A stretch of 64,000 nucleotides of DNA from Candidatus Altimarinota bacterium (GTDB taxonomy: Bacteria > Patescibacteriota > Gracilibacteria > UBA1369 > GCA-2718715). The stretch lies in the NCBI GenBank assembly GCA_041242255.1, contig JBESAV010000001.1, forward strand, positions 96,001-160,000, read 5' to 3'. The position numbers were made by a program, and so were the translations under genes. Positions 28,757 to 39,009 of this stretch are shown here, one piece after another (the first letter of the stretch is position 1; every line of letters starts with the position of its first letter). Under the pieces are notes generated by a model that saw nothing but the letters and a program-made list of their open reading frames with translations, had not been told where the DNA came from and did no database searches.

Positions 28757-31546
28757 TTAAGCCAGACTAACCAAAATATTCTCAATATTTTTCTTTACGC
28801 CTTCACATTTCTCATCCTTCAATCTACTCAAAACATCCTCCAAAACCTCCACAACATTTTCTTTCAAAACATCTCGCATATTTACAACTTGCCCAAGCCC
28901 ACCTAAAATTCTAAAGGTCGTATACTCATTCACTTTCGCCAACTTCACTATCACATCTTTCAAGAAATCTAAACCTTCCTCAGTTTCCAAAGAAACCTTT
29001 CTATTCCCAGCAAATCCAACCAACAAAGCTCTCTGCTGAGATGATTGATTTATATCAAACCAGTCTGCCTTCAAAACACTCTTTATCGCCCCAATCAAAA
29101 GCTTAGGATCACTTATTCCAGATAACACAGAAAGGTAAGATTCCAACCTAACCAGATTCTCAGAAGCCCAATCTTTCTGATCTAACAAATAATCAATCTC
29201 ATCTTCATTTCCTGACCTAGCCATAAGGTTTAAAGCCACAATCCTATCACTTGCAGAGAAACTCTCTTCAAACTGCTTTCTAACTATCTCCCAAACCTTC
29301 TGACTTTTCTCACTAGCTTCCACTTCAACCAAAAGACTCAAAAGCGAATTTTTAACTTCCCTTCTTTTAATCATTTCTATTTCATTCAAGTACCCTCCAA
29401 AACCTTCAACCTCAATACTCTCCCACATACCTAAAAGATCGTCAAAATACTTTTCTACCAATCCAGACTTTATCTTTTTATTCAAATCAAATAGATCCTT
29501 ATACCTATCAGCAAATCCATACTCTCTAACCCCTTTAAACAAAGTCCAAGGCATTGCCCCCTTACTAAAATCGGACACACTATATTGAATCAACTCAAAC
29601 ATAAGCTCCAAAAACTTTTCAGGAACCTCTTCGATATTTCCTCTTAACATATCAACTTTCACACTTTCTTGTATCTCATCCCAAGCCATAAACCGCCCTA
29701 CTACATCATCATCTAGATAAACCTTCTTATATAATTCCTCTTCACTCATTTCAAATTCATAATCTACAAAAGCACTAAAACCAGAGTTAATCGAAACAAA
29801 ATTAACATGATCTAAATCCTCAATATCTACCTCAACTACTTTATCTCTAACCCAGACCAACACACCTCTAGATATCTGCCCCTCATTATCATAAACATCA
29901 ATTTTTAAAGGAAACTCCCAAGGCTCGTCTTCACAATTCAACTGACTTATCTTCAGACTCAAAGTCTTATCTTCAAAACTTTTACTAATCTTTAGCTCAG
30001 GATATCTCAACTTCTTCAACCAGCTATGTGCCATTCCTGAGAGATCATAACCAGAAACCTCCTCCATCGCCTTCACCCAATCCTCTCTTGAAGCATTTCC
30101 ATGTTTAAACCTCGTATGATACCTATCCAATCCCTTCACAAATTTCTCTTTTCCAATCAAAGTTTCAATCATCCTTACAAATTCAGGAGCCTTTACATAA
30201 GTCACACCAGTAATAAGCTCATTTGTATCATTAAAACCATCTGGCTCAATCGGCATTGCAATTGCACTCTTATCTCTAGCCATTACACCAACATCTGGAG
30301 CTACCACTCCTATATATTCTTCTAATCTACAATAATCTTCACCCCACAAAAACCTTGCATACTGCTGCTCTACAAACACTGTAACAGCCTCATTCAACCA
30401 TATCTCAAAAGGACTTCTTCCAGTCACTTCACTACCATTTAAATTATGATAATACTCATGCACTTTTACCGAAATCATATAACTAAAACCTCCATCAGTC
30501 ATATCTTCAAAAGGCATTATCCGATTAGTCACAATAGTTGTATTACCAACATTCTCCATCCCACCAAAATCACTATTTTGCATTCCTATTTCCCTATACA
30601 CAGAACCAGTATACTTGTATCCAAAGTTCAACCCTTTAGCCTCAACCATAAATTTATCGTGCATTTCTTTCCATTTCTTCGAACCATAATCTTCAGTCTC
30701 ACGCTTTTTATAGAGCTTCCAAAGCCTATCCGCTTCCTTTAAATTTTTATATCTATCTTTACCAGTAAATAAATAAACCCACATCACTGCATCAGACAAA
30801 ACCTCAAGCGCTACATTTGCTCTATCTTCATCACTTCCCGGTGGCACCAATAATTCTAATTCAAAATTATCACCGTTCGGATACACAAATTTCTTCTTAA
30901 AAGTATCATAAGTTCCAACCCCTAAGAAAAACAAATATGTTGCCATTGGGGTAACTGAATTATCATATACAATCTTACTCCTTCCATCACCTACTTCACT
31001 TATTGACTGAATCACATCTCCATTCGTAAGCATATTAGTATACCTACTATCTGCAATGATAGTAGTTTTATATGTACATTTTGCTGTCATATCATCAATA
31101 CAAGGCACAATTCTTTGAAACCCCCACTGCTGACATTGAGTAATCTGAGTTTTAGGACAATTTGAAGGAGTCACATCATAATAAAGTCCCTCTAAGATAT
31201 TTTCTGTAGGCCTACATATAGTTTTTGTATAAATCCTTAATTTTTCACCCTCATCATATTCTCTATCCAATACCACCTCCAACAAATCATCATCAGTATA
31301 AACCTTATACTCAGCATCCACACCCTCGACTTTCACACTAAGTATCTCAAGACCTTTTGAGTTAAGATCCAAGCTTTCAATCACCTCTTTTGTTCGTACA
31401 TGCAAAACACTATCTACAACAGTATGATCTTCAAATACATCAAAAATCAAATCCATATGAAGAACATCAACCGTCAAATCACCAAAATCTTCTGGGTAAT
31501 ATTTATAACTTTTTTCTGAACTGTGCTTATCACACATAACAAACAT
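28757..31546 (-). CDS. pepN: M1 aminopeptidase N
   Basis: GGMEN, HEYYH-x18-E, TYVKA. Confidence 0.88.
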   Translation of the reverse strand: MFVMCDKHSSEKSYKYYPEDFGDLTVDVLHMDLIFDVFEDHTVVDSVLHVRTKEVIESLDLNSKGLEILSVKVEGVDAEYKVYTDDDLLEVVLDREYDEGEKLRIYTKTICRPTENILEGLYYDVTPSNCPKTQITQCQQWGFQRIVPCIDDMTAKCTYKTTIIADSRYTNMLTNGDVIQSISEVGDGRSKIVYDNSVTPMATYLFFLGVGTYDTFKKKFVYPNGDNFELELLVPPGSDEDRANVALEVLSDAVMWVYLFTGKDRYKNLKEADRLWKLYKKRETEDYGSKKWKEMHDKFMVEAKGLNFGYKYTGSVYREIGMQNSDFGGMENVGNTTIVTNRIMPFEDMTDGGFSYMISVKVHEYYHNLNGSEVTGRSPFEIWLNEAVTVFVEQQYARFLWGEDYCRLEEYIGVVAPDVGVMARDKSAIAMPIEPDGFNDTNELITGVTYVKAPEFVRMIETLIGKEKFVKGLDRYHTRFKHGNASREDWVKAMEEVSGYDLSGMAHSWLKKLRYPELKISKSFEDKTLSLKISQLNCEDEPWEFPLKIDVYDNEGQISRGVLVWVRDKVVEVDIEDLDHVNFVSINSGFSAFVDYEFEMSEEELYKKVYLDDDVVGRFMAWDEIQESVKVDMLRGNIEEVPEKFLELMFELIQYSVSDFSKGAMPWTLFKGVREYGFADRYKDLFDLNKKIKSGLVEKYFDDLLGMWESIEVEGFGGYLNEIEMIKRREVKNSLLSLLVEVEASEKSQKVWEIVRKQFEESFSASDRIVALNLMARSGNEDEIDYLLDQKDWASENLVRLESYLSVLSGISDPKLLIGAIKSVLKADWFDINQSSQQRALLVGFAGNRKVSLETEEGLDFLKDVIVKLAKVNEYTTFRILGGLGQVVNMRDVLKENVVEVLEDVLSRLKDEKCEGVKKNIENILVSLA

Positions 31547-31600
31547 TAATTCAGCAAAATAATATCAAAAAAGAAAATTCTTTAAACCAAAGACACTAGA

Positions 31601-32206
31601 CTAAAACAACGTATCTTGTGCTGGCTCATCAATCTCCAAAACTCCCCTCTTTATCAACTCCTGCAAACAGTTTCCAGTAGCCACAACGTCAGCTAAAGCA
31701 TTATGAGCATTCTCAAATCCTTCATTAAAAAGAAACATATGCAATTCAGCTAATTTAGGAGCCTTATATCCACCCAAGCGCCCAGGCAGTCTACACATAT
31801 CTTTAGTACTCATCATAGTATCAAAAACATTTTCCGGTAAAAACTCTTTTGAATAACCAGAACGAATCAATTCATTTGCAATAACATCCCTATCAAAACT
31901 AATATTGTGAGCTACCGCCATATCACACCTCCCAAAAATCTCTAACAACCTAGGAGCATACTCTTGAAAAGTTGGGGCATCCTGTACCATCTCAGAAGTA
32001 ATCCCATGAATCATTGAAGAATCATGCGGGATCTCAATCGCAGGTTGAATCAGCTGATCCTCTCTAAAAATTTCTTTCAAATTTCCATTTTCAAAGTTGT
32101 ACTCATAAACAATCCCAGCAAACTGAACCACATAAGGCTGCTCTTCTAAGCTAAGACTTGCAGAGGGAAATCCAGTTGTTTCAGTATCAAAGACTATAAT
32201 TTTCAT
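31601..32206 (-). CDS. DEDDh 3'-5' exonuclease (DnaQ-like)
   Basis: FDTETTG, IHGI, AHNISFD, AHNALADV. Confidence 0.92.
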   Translation of the reverse strand: MKIIVFDTETTGFPSASLSLEEQPYVVQFAGIVYEYNFENGNLKEIFREDQLIQPAIEIPHDSSMIHGITSEMVQDAPTFQEYAPRLLEIFGRCDMAVAHNISFDRDVIANELIRSGYSKEFLPENVFDTMMSTKDMCRLPGRLGGYKAPKLAELHMFLFNEGFENAHNALADVVATGNCLQELIKRGVLEIDEPAQDTLF

Positions 32207-32264
32207 CTCAATTTGTTAGCAGACTGCATTATACACCGACCTACAAAAAATCAAATTGACAAAA

Positions 32265-32717
32265 CTACCTCTGATAATACTCAAAAATGCCAGTTGCTTC
32301 CATCGATTCTTCGACATCTTTTTCCAAATCACCAGCTCCTTCTCTTCCCGAAAACTCAAAGCTTTCAGAAGCTGTTTTTTCATAATTACTAAAATAAATT
32401 TCAATCTCTTCATTTGAAAAACCATCCCAAAAGTCATTTTCAACTTTATCTTCAGATAAATCTTCTGCCACTATTTGCGGAAATCTTCTTTGAACATCAT
32501 CATTATCTGCTTCATGAAATGAAGCTGGATTTTCAGTTCCAAACTCCGCCATATATCTTTTTCTAATTTCACTTCTTTTTATTTCTCTTTGAGTTTCTAT
32601 ACATCTTTCACTAACTTCTTTTGCAAAACGAACTACTGAATTCTCCTCTAATCCTCGTTCATAGTCATCATTTGCTACTGAAGATTCCACTTCTAAAACG
32701 TCATTTAGACTATCCAT
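32265..32717 (-). CDS. hypothetical acidic protein
   Basis: ORF fills the gap; start placed at ATG MDSLND. Confidence 0.55.
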   Translation of the reverse strand: MDSLNDVLEVESSVANDDYERGLEENSVVRFAKEVSERCIETQREIKRSEIRKRYMAEFGTENPASFHEADNDDVQRRFPQIVAEDLSEDKVENDFWDGFSNEEIEIYFSNYEKTASESFEFSGREGAGDLEKDVEESMEATGIFEYYQR

Positions 32718-32793
32718 AGTACCCAAACATTAAATAACACAATCAATATATAGCAAACACTGAATGCCATAAACAAATTTCTCGGCTACACAT

Positions 32794-32822
32794 TTGCACA
32801 AATCCAATATCAGTGCTATAAT
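32794..32822 (+). promoter_or_regulatory. sigma70 promoter of LPxTG protein
   Basis: TTGCAC, 17 bp spacer, TATAAT with extended TG. Confidence 0.7.
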
Positions 32823-32843
32823 AATATGATTTAATAGTAACAA

Positions 32844-33209
32844 ATGAATACAAAAAAATTCCTAATTGCTTTGCTTATTGCGATCATTAGCATCCCAACT
32901 CTAGCAAGCGCCCAAGATCAACCACCTGGTCTTCCAGCAGTTGACTTCGGAGATGAAGAAGTTCCTGAGTTTGAAACAGATCAAACCCAAGAACCTGAAG
33001 AAGAGGAAATCGGATCCCCTCCTAGTCTAGAAATCGACACAGGAACACCAGAACCAGAACCAGACCCAACACCCGCTCCACCGGAGCCAGAGCCAGAACC
33101 TCAACCGGACCCAACACCTGCACCAGTTCTACCAGATACTGGACCAGGAGCACTACTAAGTTTGATACCAGCTCTAGGATACACAATCACAAGAAAACTA
33201 AATAAATAG
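32844..33209 (+). CDS. small secreted Pro/Glu-rich protein with LPDTG sorting-signal-like tail
   Basis: Signal peptide ASA|Q; PE/PT stalk; LPDTGP, hydrophobic stretch, RKLNK. Confidence 0.8.
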   Translation: MNTKKFLIALLIAIISIPTLASAQDQPPGLPAVDFGDEEVPEFETDQTQEPEEEEIGSPPSLEIDTGTPEPEPDPTPAPPEPEPEPQPDPTPAPVLPDTGPGALLSLIPALGYTITRKLNK

Positions 33210-33217
33210 ACCAACAC

Positions 33218-33246
33218 AAACACCTCCAACACTGGAGGTGTTTTTT
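33218..33246 (+). terminator. intrinsic terminator
   Basis: CACCTCCA/TGGAGGTG + T6. Confidence 0.8.
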
Positions 33247-33465
33247 GTATCTTAAATAAAACTCCAACCCCTCTCTCATCCAAACGCCCCAACAAACATC
33301 AATTACACAAAACCTTTATAGGACAAAGATAAGCAAGCAGAACAAGCAAAACCAAAATACATTACTTAAGTATCAAACACTAAGACCACCAGGAGTAACC
33401 ACACACAACCTCAATAAATAACTCTATAAGCTAACCAAGCAAACTCACAAATAAACTTATTAAGC

Positions 33466-33499
33466 ACTAAAAAAAGCCCTCATACGAGGGCCTTTTAGT
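33466..33499 (-). terminator. intrinsic terminator of 33521..35911
   Basis: GCCCTC/GAGGGC stem + U7 on the minus strand. Confidence 0.75.
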
Positions 33500-33520
33500 A
33501 CGCACACACTGTAACATCAA

Positions 33521-35911
33521 CTACTGTCTCTTCTTAGTAGTTATACCATTAAGGTCGTTACCGTTCATCCAGAATACTCCATCAGCAATTGTAAGCTCAG
33601 GGTCATCAAACCCTCTGATAGGATTAAATCCAGACTTTTCGTCCTCCAGGCTGAAGAATACTCCAATTCGATTATCACTTCCAAGCACCATGTGAGCAGT
33701 TGCATAATTAGCAGTATTACCCTCACCAATAGCATCTCTTACAAACACCATGCTCGAATCTACCTCATATATCTTACCAACCTGCATAACTTCAATCACA
33801 TAACTACCAGTTGAATCATACGAAGCAACTTCCCATAGACCAGCACAAGTATCGATATCAACTAACAACTCCAATTCAGAGGCTCTTAACTCATTTGAAT
33901 CAGATGCATTTGCAACCTCTGAAGAAAGAGTTTCCGAACCACTTACCCACTCAACATCTGCTGAAGCAAGTTGCTTACTTAAACAAAAGTCTTCATTCGT
34001 CTGTACTTGAGTATCTCCATTATAACTTTGGAAAGTATCTGATTGCTCAAATCCTCCACTATAAAAATTTGGCTCGGTTTCAGCTGTTGCTGAATCGTAT
34101 TGAACAGTTGAACTTGAAGTCGTAGTGCTTTCTTCTGTCTGATTTGGCTCCACTAAACTCGCAGACTCCATTGCTGGGCTTTCAACTTCACCTGAAAAAG
34201 CTAATTTCTCCAAAGCTCTACCAAATGGCAAACTTTCAACTGGTACAGCTTGTACAAGTACTCCACATACCGCTACATCAACACAGGCTCCAAAACCACT
34301 TCCACATTCTGCTGGAAGATAAGGTGGTTGCTCTAAGTATGATTCTTCAAACGTAAGCTGTTCAACATATCTTCTAAGACTCTCCCAGATGCTCTCATAA
34401 GCAGCTCTTCTAGCATCATCCCCTTCTGAAGCAATCTCTGCCTCAACTTTTTCAATTACAGTATTCTTAGCTTGATCAAATAAGTTATCATTTACTCTAT
34501 ATTCCTGATACACCATTTCTTTAAGAGTGTTTTGTAAATGCTGAGCGTAAGCAATACTTACATCCACACATCTATTATTCCATTCATAAGTGATTCCAGC
34601 TTCAGAATTAGCAGTTAAATCACCATCACTCACCTGAGTACCTACCATAAACGTAACATCAGATGGATTAGTTCCACTTAAGTTTAAATCTTTATAAGTA
34701 AGACTTGTAGAATTCGCCACAACATCATTCCCACTCAAGCTTAAACTAAACTGATTGTTGTTTACAGCAGTCAAAGTCAAAGCATCGTTTTCAGCATCCA
34801 ATACTCCAAAACTTCTTTCCTGAGGAAGCATAACCACCTCATTCATAAATGTCTCAATTGGAGTAAGCCTTCCTTCAGACCTAGCAAGCTTAATAGCTTC
34901 ATCAACCCTACTATCAATGTTAACAGTTACATCATTGGGAGTAAGTTCTGGTGGAGTATTAACAGGAGCTGAATATTCATCTCCAACATACACCCATAGA
35001 TCTTGTTTTCCTCCATCGTAACTAGCATCAAAATCAAATATCTCTGCTGACTTAATTCCACCATTGTAGTAATCCACCAACCTATTTTCAGTTAGCGTAT
35101 AAAGCATCTGATTAGCATTTCTTGTCATAGCAGGATCAACAGTTCTATCAATTTGATTAATAACAGTTGTATCCCAAATCGCTTTAACCTCATCATATCC
35201 AGAGAAGAACCCTAACAATGCATCAGGAGCATCAATATCAACAGTCATCATATTCCAGCTGTTTGCCACAATACCTCTCTCATCTGTAGAACAATCTGCA
35301 GTTCCAGTATTGATACTATCAAAGAAGTTTTGATCAAAAGCAATCTTTGATCTTTCAGCAGCATCCCAACCATTGGCTGTACCAAAACCATTTGCATTGT
35401 TATGGTCGTCAGCAATCTTAATCACAAAATAAGTCTCACATGACCTTAACGTATCAGAAGCATCTAGTAGCTGAGCACCTAAATAATTTTTATTTGGATA
35501 AAGATTCCAACCACCTTCAGTCGGCCTATATGTACCCAGTACATATCCACTTAACCCATCATCTACCAATAAATCTTCAGCAACTCTATCCACTGTCACA
35601 GTCGCCACATTTCTAGGCGCCGTAAAAAGCAAGAAGTTACTCGGTGTCTTAGTCTGGTATTGTAGAAGGTAAGCCCCTTGTTCATTATCAGCAACATTAG
35701 CTGAAGCAAGAGATCCACTCTCAAAATCATTTTCAACTCTAAAGTACCTATCCCCTTCAGCAGTTAAAGTACCACTTAAAGCAGGATTTTCTTCAAGAAC
35801 CGGAGGACCAGCTTCAAAGCTAGTATCACTTCCCATTCCTAGATAAGCTATAACCCCAAGTACAACTACCATAGCTGAACCCAAAGCAATATACATTTGT
35901 TTTTTCGTCAT
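33521..35911 (-). CDS. large surface protein, paralog family member 1
   Basis: N-terminal TM; GPPVL...LSG, WNLYPN, WN..IW..LWVY; cadherin/Ig-like NTPP..DAEND..VSDG. Confidence 0.8.
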   Translation of the reverse strand: MTKKQMYIALGSAMVVVLGVIAYLGMGSDTSFEAGPPVLEENPALSGTLTAEGDRYFRVENDFESGSLASANVADNEQGAYLLQYQTKTPSNFLLFTAPRNVATVTVDRVAEDLLVDDGLSGYVLGTYRPTEGGWNLYPNKNYLGAQLLDASDTLRSCETYFVIKIADDHNNANGFGTANGWDAAERSKIAFDQNFFDSINTGTADCSTDERGIVANSWNMMTVDIDAPDALLGFFSGYDEVKAIWDTTVINQIDRTVDPAMTRNANQMLYTLTENRLVDYYNGGIKSAEIFDFDASYDGGKQDLWVYVGDEYSAPVNTPPELTPNDVTVNIDSRVDEAIKLARSEGRLTPIETFMNEVVMLPQERSFGVLDAENDALTLTAVNNNQFSLSLSGNDVVANSTSLTYKDLNLSGTNPSDVTFMVGTQVSDGDLTANSEAGITYEWNNRCVDVSIAYAQHLQNTLKEMVYQEYRVNDNLFDQAKNTVIEKVEAEIASEGDDARRAAYESIWESLRRYVEQLTFEESYLEQPPYLPAECGSGFGACVDVAVCGVLVQAVPVESLPFGRALEKLAFSGEVESPAMESASLVEPNQTEESTTTSSSTVQYDSATAETEPNFYSGGFEQSDTFQSYNGDTQVQTNEDFCLSKQLASADVEWVSGSETLSSEVANASDSNELRASELELLVDIDTCAGLWEVASYDSTGSYVIEVMQVGKIYEVDSSMVFVRDAIGEGNTANYATAHMVLGSDNRIGVFFSLEDEKSGFNPIRGFDDPELTIADGVFWMNGNDLNGITTKKRQ

Positions 35912-35968
35912 GTGTTTTGATTAAAATTATCTAATAATCATAACACAAATCCCTCACAAAAAACAGCT

Positions 35969-36871
35969 TTAACTCTGACAAGTTTCACAAAATACGGTAG
36001 TCCTACCAGCGACTTTCTCCTTCTCCAAAACATTCCCACAAACCAAACATTCCATCCCTCCTCTATTGTAAACTTTATGCTCCTCCACAAAAGTACCTCT
36101 TGAACCATCTCCAAGCACATAATTAGCCACTGAAGACCCTCCAGCCTTTATAGCTGCAGGAATTATACGAACTATAGCTTCATACAAAAGCTCCAGCTCC
36201 TGATCATTCAAAGATTCGATCCTCCTATCAGGTCTAACCCCAGCCTCAAAACAAACCTCATCACAGTAAATATTTCCCAAACCTACCACCACTTTCTGAT
36301 TTAAAAACAAATGCTTCAAAATACCTCTTCTTTCCTTCATATCTTTTTTAAAAGCTTCCATCGTAAACTCATCATCAGTCGGCTCATAACCCAAACCATC
36401 AAAATGCCCAAGATCATGTACCACAGAAATACTCGGATAATAAAGTAAATATCCAAACATACGAGTATCATTATAATACAAGACCCCATCATTTAAACTA
36501 AAAATCACATGCGTATGCTTATTGGGCAAATCATCTTCCCCTACCGAATTCTTAATCGGATGACCTCCATACGCCAAATTATCTTCAGAATCTCTATAAA
36601 CAAGCTGACCAGTCATCTTCAAATGAATCAATACAATCTTCCCAGACTTAAACTCTATGATAATATTCTTAGCTCTTCTTGATATACCAGAAATCACCTC
36701 ACCTTCAATCTCCCCAATAAACTCATCTACTTTTTCTTGATCCTCTTCCCTCTTAGTTCCATTCCCTGACACTAACTTTGGTTTATTCACCACTACTTTT
36801 TCAACTTTCTTCCCCAACAAAAAAGGCTCTAGACTCGCACGGACACTTTCAACTTCAGGTAATTCAGGCAT
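35969..36871 (-). CDS. mutM: formamidopyrimidine-DNA glycosylase
   Basis: MPELPEVE, HLKMTG, GLGNIY, C-terminal zinc finger. Confidence 0.97.
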   Translation of the reverse strand: MPELPEVESVRASLEPFLLGKKVEKVVVNKPKLVSGNGTKREEDQEKVDEFIGEIEGEVISGISRRAKNIIIEFKSGKIVLIHLKMTGQLVYRDSEDNLAYGGHPIKNSVGEDDLPNKHTHVIFSLNDGVLYYNDTRMFGYLLYYPSISVVHDLGHFDGLGYEPTDDEFTMEAFKKDMKERRGILKHLFLNQKVVVGLGNIYCDEVCFEAGVRPDRRIESLNDQELELLYEAIVRIIPAAIKAGGSSVANYVLGDGSRGTFVEEHKVYNRGGMECLVCGNVLEKEKVAGRTTVFCETCQS

Positions 36872-36991
36872 TTTAAACGTTACATATTACAAAATATTCA
36901 TAGCAACCTCGCAACACCATCAACTTCATTAACACCCCAATTCTTGCTAATTAATAAGATACAGTCAAGTTCAGATAATTAACTAATCAAC

Positions 36992-37657
36992 ATGAATAGA
37001 AATTACCAAATCTTCCTAATTGCCATAGTAGCCGTATTTACACTAACCAGTTGTTCAGTAGAAAGAGAAACAGTTCAAACAACAGATGCTGAAGAAAACC
37101 AAACTGAAACAAACCTAGAGTCAGCAGAATCAATCGAGCTAAACGCAGATGAAAGCTTAATCACTTGGAACGGATACAAAGCTATAATTGATACAGAACA
37201 TGAAGGAACTATCAAACTATCAGATGGAGAATTCTTAGTTGAAGACGGAGAGCTAGTTGGAGGTAACTTCACTATCGACACAACAACTGTCGACAACAAA
37301 GACCTAGATGGAGGAATGAAAGAAGGTCTTCTAAACCACCTAAACTCAGAAGAAATGCTTGATACATCAAACTTCCCTACTGGTAGCTTCGAAATCACTA
37401 AAGTTATGCCTATCCAAGAAAACGGTTTCACTCATCAAATTTCCGGAAACCTCACACTAAAAGACACAACTAAAAACATTACCTTCAAATCTAACATATC
37501 AGGCCTAGACTCTGAAGAAATCACTGCAACAGCCGACTTCAATATAGACAGACAACTCTGGAATATAGGTCACTCTGATGAACAATCAGTAGTCGACTCT
37601 CTCAAAGACAACGCACTAAAAAACGAAGTAAGAATCCGCCTAGACCTTCAATCATAA
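36992..37657 (+). CDS. YceI family lipoprotein
   Basis: Lipobox LTS-C; SxITWxG, HEGTI, LxNHL, GNLTLK, IDR. Confidence 0.88.
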   Translation: MNRNYQIFLIAIVAVFTLTSCSVERETVQTTDAEENQTETNLESAESIELNADESLITWNGYKAIIDTEHEGTIKLSDGEFLVEDGELVGGNFTIDTTTVDNKDLDGGMKEGLLNHLNSEEMLDTSNFPTGSFEITKVMPIQENGFTHQISGNLTLKDTTKNITFKSNISGLDSEEITATADFNIDRQLWNIGHSDEQSVVDSLKDNALKNEVRIRLDLQS

Positions 37658-37666
37658 AAAACACTC

Positions 37667-37696
37667 AAGGCTCACTTATCCAAAGTGGGCTTTTTT
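37667..37696 (+). terminator. terminator between convergent yceI and mgtE
   Basis: AGGCTCACTT/AAGTGGGCTT + T tract. Confidence 0.7.
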
Positions 37697-37711
37697 AGTA
37701 CAAAATTCTAA

Positions 37712-38929
37712 CTAAAACCAAAGATTTGCTAAACTCAAGAAAGCAATAAAACCAAGTACATCAGTCGCCGTCGTGATAAAGATAGTCGCCGAAGTCGCAG
37801 GATCTTTCCCAAACCTCTTCATAAAGTATGGAACCATAGTTCCAAAAAATGATGAAACAAAAAGATTAAACAAAACCGCAACACCAACAACAACACCAAT
37901 TCTAAAATCTCCATTGAACACTCCTGCAATCAAAGCCACGATCGAACCAGTCAAAAGACCATTCATCCCACCAGCAATAGCTTCATTCTTCCAAATACTA
38001 AAAAGTTTACTAGCCGTCACATTTTCAACACCTTCTATACTTAAAGTTCTAACCATCACCGCAAGGGTTTGAGTTGCTGCATTACCACCCATTCCGCTCA
38101 CTACTGGTATAAAACTAGCCAAAAGTACCTCTCTTGAAAGTACATCACCAAGTACAGCTACCACACCAGCGGCCATAAAAGTAGTACCTAGATTTATCAA
38201 TAGCCACTTATATCGTAGCCTAAATTTTTTACTAAATTTATCTTCTGCTCTCTCCTCATCATCTACCCCTGCAAAATCATACAGAGCCTCCGCAGCTTTG
38301 TTTTCCAGGATATTCAAAAGTGCGTCCACATACAAAACTCCAATCACTCTCTGCTTATCATCAATTACCACTGCCTTCTCTGACACAGATCCATCACCTT
38401 TAAACTTAGCTACAATATCTTTCTTCTTCATCCTATAATCAATCCTAGGAATATTTCTCATATAATCCATCATCACATTTCCCACAATCAGCTTTGGATC
38501 CTCCACCAATGATAAAACATGCCCAGGCAAACTCCCCAGAACCTTACCTTTTCTCATTACTAAAATAGTTGGAAACCTCCCGACTCTCTGCTCATGAATT
38601 TTCACTTTACCAATTAAACTTCCCATTTCATCAGCAATATCAACCTCCACATAGTTAAAGTCCATCAAATGCTCAACCAAAGTCATTTCCACATCATGCA
38701 AAATATCACTTTTCTTTTCTAAACTATCATTAAATCTTCGAACAATCCTAGCTCTCCTAGATATAGGAAGCAAACATAAAAGCCCCATCGCCTCATCCAA
38801 ATCCAGATATTCCAAAAACTCAACCACAGACTTATCTGTCATCTGTCCCATTTTTTCAACAATCATATCCTGACTTTTCAGCCTGAGCTCAAAAGCTTGC
38901 TCTGCCGATATATGTCTAATTTTCCCCAC
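37712..38929 (-). CDS. mgtE: magnesium transporter MgtE
   Basis: CBS-like region, RYKWL, GMGGNAATQ, DPA, TTATD. Confidence 0.9.
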   Translation of the reverse strand: MGKIRHISAEQAFELRLKSQDMIVEKMGQMTDKSVVEFLEYLDLDEAMGLLCLLPISRRARIVRRFNDSLEKKSDILHDVEMTLVEHLMDFNYVEVDIADEMGSLIGKVKIHEQRVGRFPTILVMRKGKVLGSLPGHVLSLVEDPKLIVGNVMMDYMRNIPRIDYRMKKKDIVAKFKGDGSVSEKAVVIDDKQRVIGVLYVDALLNILENKAAEALYDFAGVDDEERAEDKFSKKFRLRYKWLLINLGTTFMAAGVVAVLGDVLSREVLLASFIPVVSGMGGNAATQTLAVMVRTLSIEGVENVTASKLFSIWKNEAIAGGMNGLLTGSIVALIAGVFNGDFRIGVVVGVAVLFNLFVSSFFGTMVPYFMKRFGKDPATSATIFITTATDVLGFIAFLSLANLWF

Positions 38930-38958
38930 TTCAAAGTTTTACATCATATTATTATATC

Positions 38959-38996
38959 AAAAAAGAGCCTCCTGATAAACCCAGAAAACTCTTTTT
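38959..38996 (-). terminator. terminator of 39010..41292
   Basis: GAGUUUUCUGG/UCAGGAGGCUC (G-U pairs) + U6 on the minus strand. Confidence 0.6.
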
Positions 38997-39009
38997 AAAT
39001 TAGTAAAGT

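Noticed and set aside
27374-31546. Adjacent M20 and M1 peptidases as a special system
   Set aside because: Ordinary peptide-scavenging genes with intact canonical motifs.
33247-33465. ~220-bp gap between convergent terminators as possible ncRNA
   Set aside because: No ORF, promoter or convincing pairing seen; looks like skewed spacer.
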